A stretch of DNA of 8,358 nt from Candidatus Jordarchaeales archaeon (lineage in GTDB: Archaea; Asgardarchaeota; Jordiarchaeia; Jordiarchaeales; Freyrarchaeaceae). Both the position numbers and the translations under genes were made by a program. Below the pieces are notes generated by a model. The model was not told the DNA's origin and made no database searches. It worked only from the letters and a program-made list of their open reading frames with translations. Shown here in pieces: positions 1-4,943 of this stretch. The first letter of the stretch is position 1; each line of letters begins with the position of its first letter. The stretch covers positions 21,841 to 30,198 of the forward strand of contig JAWCFL010000016.1 of the NCBI GenBank assembly GCA_038858525.1. The letters are read 5' to 3'.

Positions 1-2
1 AT

Positions 3-749
3 GAGGAGACGGGCGGCTTTAGGGGGACTCGGTACCTGTTATCCCGGACGAATTTAAGGCCCGACTACGTTTTGATAGGCGAGACGACGGATCTATTGTT
101 GAAAGTTGGAAGGCGAGGAATAATTCAAACTAGGCTTAGAGTTTACGGCGACGAGATGCACTCCTCAAGAGTTTACTTGAGCTATGTCAGCTCCATCGAG
201 ATATGCTCCGAGCTCACCCTTCTAGTCAGGAGACTGGATCCCGGGGATGCAGGGGACATAATGCCTCGGACAACCTTTGCTGTCACAATTTTCGAGGCTG
301 GCGTTAAGGAAAACGTGATACCCCGGGTCGCCAACCTACACATAGACATAAGGAACACGCCCAAAGTCACACGTGCAGACGTGGAAAGCCTCCTCAAAAG
401 AGAACTGGAGAGGCTTAAGGAAAAGTACGGCGAATTCAAGTATGAGCTCGACATAAGAGAAGCAGCTAGGCCATACATGATAAGGGACTCTCACCTAGCC
501 AGGGTTCTGGAGGACGTCTACAGGAAGCTTGGGCTAACACCAGTCCACGACGCTGGGGGAGGAGCATCTGACGGGCGCTTTTTCGTTGAGGAGGGAGTAA
601 GGAACATCGTCGAGGTAGGACCTATAGGAAAGAACATACATGGTATAAATGAAAAAGTCGAAATCGAGTCTATCTTCCAGACACAGAGAATCTATATTGA
701 AGCTGCAAGAACAATTCTAGGACGCGAGAAAATAGCCTTTACAGAGTGA
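3..749 (+). CDS. M20 family metallopeptidase/amidohydrolase (ArgE/DapE-like), 5'-truncated by the window edge
   Basis: The frame of the 72..749 ORF is open back to the window start: (D)EETGGFRGTRYLLSRTNLRPDYVLIGETT. This gives the M20 'DEE' and 'D-x-x-x-x-GE' metal-ligand motifs, so TTG at 72 is internal. The dimerisation domain (NVIP...DIR) and the C-terminal GGASDGRFF...GP...IHGINE motif are typical of M20A enzymes. Substrate cannot be assigned. Confidence 0.9.
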   Translation, partial: EETGGFRGTRYLLSRTNLRPDYVLIGETTDLLLKVGRRGIIQTRLRVYGDEMHSSRVYLSYVSSIEICSELTLLVRRLDPGDAGDIMPRTTFAVTIFEAGVKENVIPRVANLHIDIRNTPKVTRADVESLLKRELERLKEKYGEFKYELDIREAARPYMIRDSHLARVLEDVYRKLGLTPVHDAGGGASDGRFFVEEGVRNIVEVGPIGKNIHGINEKVEIESIFQTQRIYIEAARTILGREKIAFTE

Positions 750-843
750 AGCATAAAAAAGCGGAACGAAAAAATTATCTAGGAGACAAGTTATTAGTTG
801 ATATTTGTAAAAAATTGGGGGAGAGAGTATTCCCGGGGGCTAT

Positions 844-2664
844 ATGGGTAAGTTTTTAGATGTTGACCTTACGAAAGGCAAAATCAGCGATTACACGCCT
901 AAAGAGGATATACTGCGCATGTTTCTTGGAGGCAAGGGGCTGGCGTTATCCATCATAATGGAGCACGCTCGAAACCTAGCTAGGAAGGGCGTTAATCTAG
1001 CTGAGCTGGACCCGTTCAGCCCGGACAACGTGCTTGTCTTCGCCACTGGCCCAGCTACCGGGACAGGTTTCCCGTCAAGTGGCAGGTACCACGTTATGGC
1101 ATTGAAGTCCCCTCTTACAGGATCCGTGGCAAGCGCCAACTCTGGGGGTGAGTGGGGTCCATACCTGAAATTTGCAGGGTACGACGGGGTAATAGTTAGA
1201 GGGGCGGCTGAGAAGCCTGTCTACGTCTCCGTAATGGATGGTAAAGCCGAAATTAAGGATGCAGGCCGCCTGTGGGGCATGAATACCTTCGACACTACCA
1301 GCACGCTTAAAGAGGAGCATGGGAAGGATGTTAGCGTCGCCTGTATAGGGCCCGCAGGAGAAAACCTTGTCCGCTTCGCAAACATAATAAACGACGAGCA
1401 CAGGGCGGCGGGAAGAACGGGCGTAGGCGCAGTGATGGGAAGTAAGAAACTAAAAGCAATAGTAGCGGGAGGAAGCCAAAAGGTCACTATAGCAAAGCCT
1501 GAAGATTTCAAGAATGCACAAAAGAATGCGCTGAAAAAAGTTAAGGAGAACAGCATCACGGGGCAAGGTCTCCCGACTTATGGAACAGCGATCCTGGTCA
1601 ACATAATAAACGCCCACGGCATATTCCCAACCAGAAACTTTCAGGCAAGCGTTTTTCCTGATGCGGAGAAGATTAGTGGTGAGACGTTAGCGGAGAAGTA
1701 TCTTACTAAGAGGAGGGCCTGCTGGGGTTGTCCTATTGGTTGTGGCAGGGTGACTAGGGTTCCGAGTGGTCCTTTTGCTGTGGAGTATAGTGAGGGGCCT
1801 GAGTATGAAAGTGTTTGGGCTCTTGGGGCTGACTGTGGTGTTAGTGAGCTTGACGCAATAGTTAAGGCTAACCATTTTTGTGATGAGCTTGGCCTCGACA
1901 CTATCAGTATGGGTGCCACGATCGCCTGCGCCATGGAACTAGTTCAACGGAAGAAGATCAAGCCTGAGAGGCTTCAGGGTTTGAAGCTCGAGTTTGGGAA
2001 TGCTGCAGCAATGGTGGAAGCAGTTTGGAGGACAGCATACAGGGCTGGTATAGGGGCGGACCTAGCTGAAGGCTCAAAGAGACTGGCGGAAAAATATGGA
2101 GCACCAGAATTAAGCATGAGTGCAAAGGGACTAGAACTACCAGCCTACGATCCGCGCGGCGTCCAAGGAATGACGTTGAACTATGCCACAGCTAATCGTG
2201 GAGGGTGTCACGTATCCGGATACGCCATTGCCTCAGAGGTTTTAGCCCCGCAGCCCGTCGACAGGTTTACAACAGAAGGAAAGGCGCAACTGGTCAAGAC
2301 GCTGCAGGACTTCACTTGTGTCGTTAACTCTGCGTGTGTTTGTCTCTTCGTAACCTTTGCTCTAGGTCCACCAGACTTCGCACAGCTACTCTCAGCTATA
2401 ACAGGATGGGACCTAACCGAGAACGAGCTACTAAAAATAGGTGAGCGGGTATACAATATCGAGAGGCAGCTAATGAACATGATTGGCATAGACGGGAAGG
2501 AAGACACTTTGCCTCCTAGACTACTAAAAGAGAAGATACGCGAAGGGCCAGCTAAGGGCCATGTCGCCAAACTTGACGTCATGTTGCCGGAGTACTATGA
2601 GCTGCGAGGCTGGGTGAACGGTGTACCGAAAGAGGATAAGCTGAAAGAGTTAAAGTTGGCCTAG
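844..2664 (+). CDS. aor: Tungsten-containing aldehyde:ferredoxin oxidoreductase (AOR/WOR family), about 606 aa; the true start may be ATT at 829
   Basis: Family motifs KSPLTG, GRTGVGAVMGSKKLKAI, CWGCPIGC (CxxCxxxC 4Fe-4S ligands), EGPEYES, DELGLDTIS, KGLELPAYDPRG and RGGCH, plus a later Cys in SACVCLF as the likely fourth cluster ligand. Length matches single-subunit archaeal AORs. Exact substrate subfamily not determined. Confidence 0.95.
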   Translation: MGKFLDVDLTKGKISDYTPKEDILRMFLGGKGLALSIIMEHARNLARKGVNLAELDPFSPDNVLVFATGPATGTGFPSSGRYHVMALKSPLTGSVASANSGGEWGPYLKFAGYDGVIVRGAAEKPVYVSVMDGKAEIKDAGRLWGMNTFDTTSTLKEEHGKDVSVACIGPAGENLVRFANIINDEHRAAGRTGVGAVMGSKKLKAIVAGGSQKVTIAKPEDFKNAQKNALKKVKENSITGQGLPTYGTAILVNIINAHGIFPTRNFQASVFPDAEKISGETLAEKYLTKRRACWGCPIGCGRVTRVPSGPFAVEYSEGPEYESVWALGADCGVSELDAIVKANHFCDELGLDTISMGATIACAMELVQRKKIKPERLQGLKLEFGNAAAMVEAVWRTAYRAGIGADLAEGSKRLAEKYGAPELSMSAKGLELPAYDPRGVQGMTLNYATANRGGCHVSGYAIASEVLAPQPVDRFTTEGKAQLVKTLQDFTCVVNSACVCLFVTFALGPPDFAQLLSAITGWDLTENELLKIGERVYNIERQLMNMIGIDGKEDTLPPRLLKEKIREGPAKGHVAKLDVMLPEYYELRGWVNGVPKEDKLKELKLA

Positions 2665-2715
2665 AAACCTCTTTATATCCCCACTTTTTTCTGATATCTT
2701 AAAGGGTGTTACATT

Positions 2716-2994
2716 ATGGTTAGAGTTAAAGTGAAGTTTTACGCATCCTTGAGAGATAAATACAAAGTTAAGGAAGTCGAATTAGACTGCAATGGAGGAC
2801 TGGAAAGCTTTATGGACTCCTTAGACTCCAAGGTTAAAGGAGCGAAACGTGACCTTTTCGACAGCGAGAAAAGCTCGGTTAAGGACAACGTGCTTTTCCT
2901 TCTGAACGGGGTTAACGTGAAAACCATGAAAGAACCGATAAAGTTTAAGGATGGAGACCTAGTCTCGATTTTCCCGCCAATAGCCGGTGGATAA
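2716..2994 (+). CDS. moaD: MoaD/ThiS-family ubiquitin-like sulfur carrier (SAMP-like), 92 aa
   Basis: Beta-grasp pattern VKVKFYASLR...LLNGVNV...GDLVSIFPPIAGG ending in the di-glycine. RBS-like AAAGGGTG at 2701-2708. Sits directly after aor, a known context for MoaD/SAMP genes. Confidence 0.9.
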   Translation: MVRVKVKFYASLRDKYKVKEVELDCNGGLESFMDSLDSKVKGAKRDLFDSEKSSVKDNVLFLLNGVNVKTMKEPIKFKDGDLVSIFPPIAGG

Positions 2995-3079
2995 GCATAA
3001 GTGTTAGAAATCTTTTTGGGCCCTAAAGTTGTCAGTACCCATTTTGTTCTTCCGCCTCGTTTCCTCAGCTTCATTTTTT

Positions 3080-3109
3080 GGCTTGCTAAATTTTTAGAAG
3101 CCTTTTATT
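3080..3109 (+). terminator. Possible terminator (imperfect hairpin plus T tract) after aor-moaD
   Basis: GGCTT-G-CTAA-ATTT-TTAG-AAGCC followed by TTTTATT, within a strongly T-rich intergenic stretch that has other oligo-T runs. Confidence 0.4.
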
Positions 3110-3151
3110 CCCATTTCTAGTTACCTCTTTTCAATGTGGGTTGTGGTTTTG

Positions 3152-3159
3152 CTTATATA
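3152..3159 (+). promoter_or_regulatory. Possible TATA box for the rSAM-fmdE unit
   Basis: CTTATATA lies about 26-35 nt upstream of the GTG/TTG starts at 3185-3194. No A-rich BRE is visible, so the call is weak. Confidence 0.4.
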
Positions 3160-3193
3160 CGTGGGATTTGTCTTTGTTGTTCTGGTGGTGTTG

Positions 3194-4477
3194 TTGTCTG
3201 ACGGTTTTCCATCGGCTCTTCAGGTCGAGGTTTCATCTGTCTGCAACTTAGACTGCTTCATGTGCCAAAGGCACTCTTGGGGTCCGAGCGAGGAAGGACT
3301 GATGCCTCTCTCAATTTTCAGGAGGATTGAAGATTCTCTGCGCGAGGCTGAAAGGGTGGCTCTTTACGGTGTCGGGGAACCCTTAATGAATCCCGACATA
3401 GTCGAAATTGTGGCGTTCGCCAGAAGAGCTATGGGCGAGAGTGGAGAAATACTTCTCTCCACGAACGGCACGCTTCTCACTCCGAAGCTCGCCGGAAGGC
3501 TGGTTGAGGCAGGCCTAACCTCACTGTACATGTCCCTTGACAGCTTGAACGAGGAGAAACTGAAAGGTATTCGGAGAGGAATAGATTATGTGAGCGCACT
3601 TGAGAACTTCAAATTTTTCTTGAAGAATTTTGGGTCTGACGTGGAGGCTGGGGTCGAGTATGTCATTATGAAGGAAAACTTGAGTGAGCTTCCTATGTTT
3701 ATTGTTGATGCTGCTGAAATGGGAGTCAGCCACATTTTCACGTCTCACATTGTTCCCTTCTCTGAGGAGGTGGCGAAGCAAGCGGTCTACACGACGATCA
3801 GTGAGGAGGCAATCGAGGCAGGCAAGGAGCTTATCGGGAGGGGGTGGCAGGTTATAGTTGAAGCTTCACGTTTCTTCGTGTCGCTGGGGTATGTTGGAAG
3901 CGTGGTGGAGTCACGTATGGTTGAGCTTCTTAGCGAGGCCTGGCGTAAGGCTGAAGCAGCTGGCGTCGAGTTAAACGTTCCCCAGCTTTTGGGAGGCGAG
4001 GTAGACCTTAACTTGCTGGACGAAGTTAGGGAAACTTTCAGGAGAGCTGAGCGAGTTGCAGGAGAGTATGGCGTGGAGCTAACTCTCCCCCCGGTAACCT
4101 TCAAAGCCAACGCTAGATCTTGCCCTTACGCTGAAAAAGAGGTTGCAACAGTTCGATGGGATGGAATGGTTTCCCCATGCCAGGAATACCTTCACGACCA
4201 CAGTCTTTACGTGAACAAGCACAGTAAAAGATTCAAGGCGCACTTCTTTGGAGACGTAAAGGAGCGTAGCCTAAAAGAAATATGGAGGAGCAGGGATTAC
4301 GCCGAGTTCAGGGAAAAAATAGGGACATTGCCGAAGACGGTTCCATGGTGCGGGAACTGCCCCTACTCTACGCTGAAGTGCTGGTTCGTCGACAGCAACC
4401 AGGTTGACTGCTACGGGAATTCTCCAAGTTGCAGCGAGTGCATATACAGCACCGGCATGGCCAAGTGCAACATATAA
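3194..4477 (+). CDS. Radical SAM/SPASM-domain protein, probable tungsten-cofactor oxidoreductase maturase (TIGR04317/Cmo-like, from recollection)
   Basis: CNLDCFMC (CxxxCxxC, 3242-3265), GVGEPLMNP (GGE motif) and STNGTLL. The C-terminus is Cys-rich: CPY...PC...CGNCPYSTLKC...NQVDCYGNSPSCSECIYSTGMAKC. aor is adjacent. I placed the start at TTG 3194 behind GGTGGTG (3184-3190); in-frame GTG 3185/3188, TTG 3191 and the track's ATG 3134 are alternatives. Confidence 0.85.
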   Translation: MSDGFPSALQVEVSSVCNLDCFMCQRHSWGPSEEGLMPLSIFRRIEDSLREAERVALYGVGEPLMNPDIVEIVAFARRAMGESGEILLSTNGTLLTPKLAGRLVEAGLTSLYMSLDSLNEEKLKGIRRGIDYVSALENFKFFLKNFGSDVEAGVEYVIMKENLSELPMFIVDAAEMGVSHIFTSHIVPFSEEVAKQAVYTTISEEAIEAGKELIGRGWQVIVEASRFFVSLGYVGSVVESRMVELLSEAWRKAEAAGVELNVPQLLGGEVDLNLLDEVRETFRRAERVAGEYGVELTLPPVTFKANARSCPYAEKEVATVRWDGMVSPCQEYLHDHSLYVNKHSKRFKAHFFGDVKERSLKEIWRSRDYAEFREKIGTLPKTVPWCGNCPYSTLKCWFVDSNQVDCYGNSPSCSECIYSTGMAKCNI

Positions 4478-4502
4478 AAAGAAGCCGTTAGGTGGAAGGT
4501 TT

Positions 4503-4943
4503 ATGGATGCTGAAGAGCTTTTGGGTTTCGCTGTTAAATTTCACGGTCATCTTGGCCCCTTCCTTGTTTTAGGGTTACGTGCAGGTTTAATTGCTAGAAA
4601 ACTGATAGGTGTGCCCTCAAGTGTAGAGGTCCGCGTTTTCCCTAGGCCACCATTAAGCTGTGTGATAGACGGAGTTCAAGTCTCTTCTGGTTGTACCGTT
4701 GGTAATGGGAAGCTACTTGTGAAGTCCACTCGTGATAGGCTTAAAGTAAAATTGGTTTTCCGCTCGGAGGAAGGTGTTGTAGACATCTCCTTGTTAAGGG
4801 GGCTTATTGAAAGCCTTCTTTCGAAAATGCCTGCGAGCGAGGAGGAGATGGAAAAAGACGCTATGAATCTCCTGGGCGAGGATGAACAGCGTCTATTCAT
4901 CATCAAGAGAGGCGAGTCCAAGAAATTTCTGCTTAGGAGGTGA
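4503..4943 (+). CDS. FmdE-family (formylmethanofuran dehydrogenase subunit E domain) stand-alone protein, 146 aa
   Basis: FHGHLGPFLVLG and SCVIDGVQVSSGCTVGNG match the FmdE signature (HGH...C-x-x-D-x-x-Q-x-x-x-GCT-x-G-x-G). ATG 4503 has RBS GGTGGAAGG (4491-4499) and lies 25 bp after the rSAM stop. The track's extension to 4404 overlaps the rSAM gene. Confidence 0.85.
   Translation: MDAEELLGFAVKFHGHLGPFLVLGLRAGLIARKLIGVPSSVEVRVFPRPPLSCVIDGVQVSSGCTVGNGKLLVKSTRDRLKVKLVFRSEEGVVDISLLRGLIESLLSKMPASEEEMEKDAMNLLGEDEQRLFIIKRGESKKFLLRR

Noticed and set aside
2739-3074. 111-aa - strand ORF across moaD and the intergenic region
   Set aside because: Antisense shadow of moaD with no recognisable motif.
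2995-3190. Possible Moco/Wco riboswitch between moaD and the rSAM gene
   Set aside because: The region is low-complexity T-rich DNA with one short hairpin and no multi-stem GC-paired structure. An Infernal/Rfam search would settle it.
4404-4502. 5' extension of the FmdE ORF in the track
   Set aside because: It overlaps the Cys-rich rSAM C-terminus in another frame. ATG 4503 has an RBS and begins the FmdE fold.
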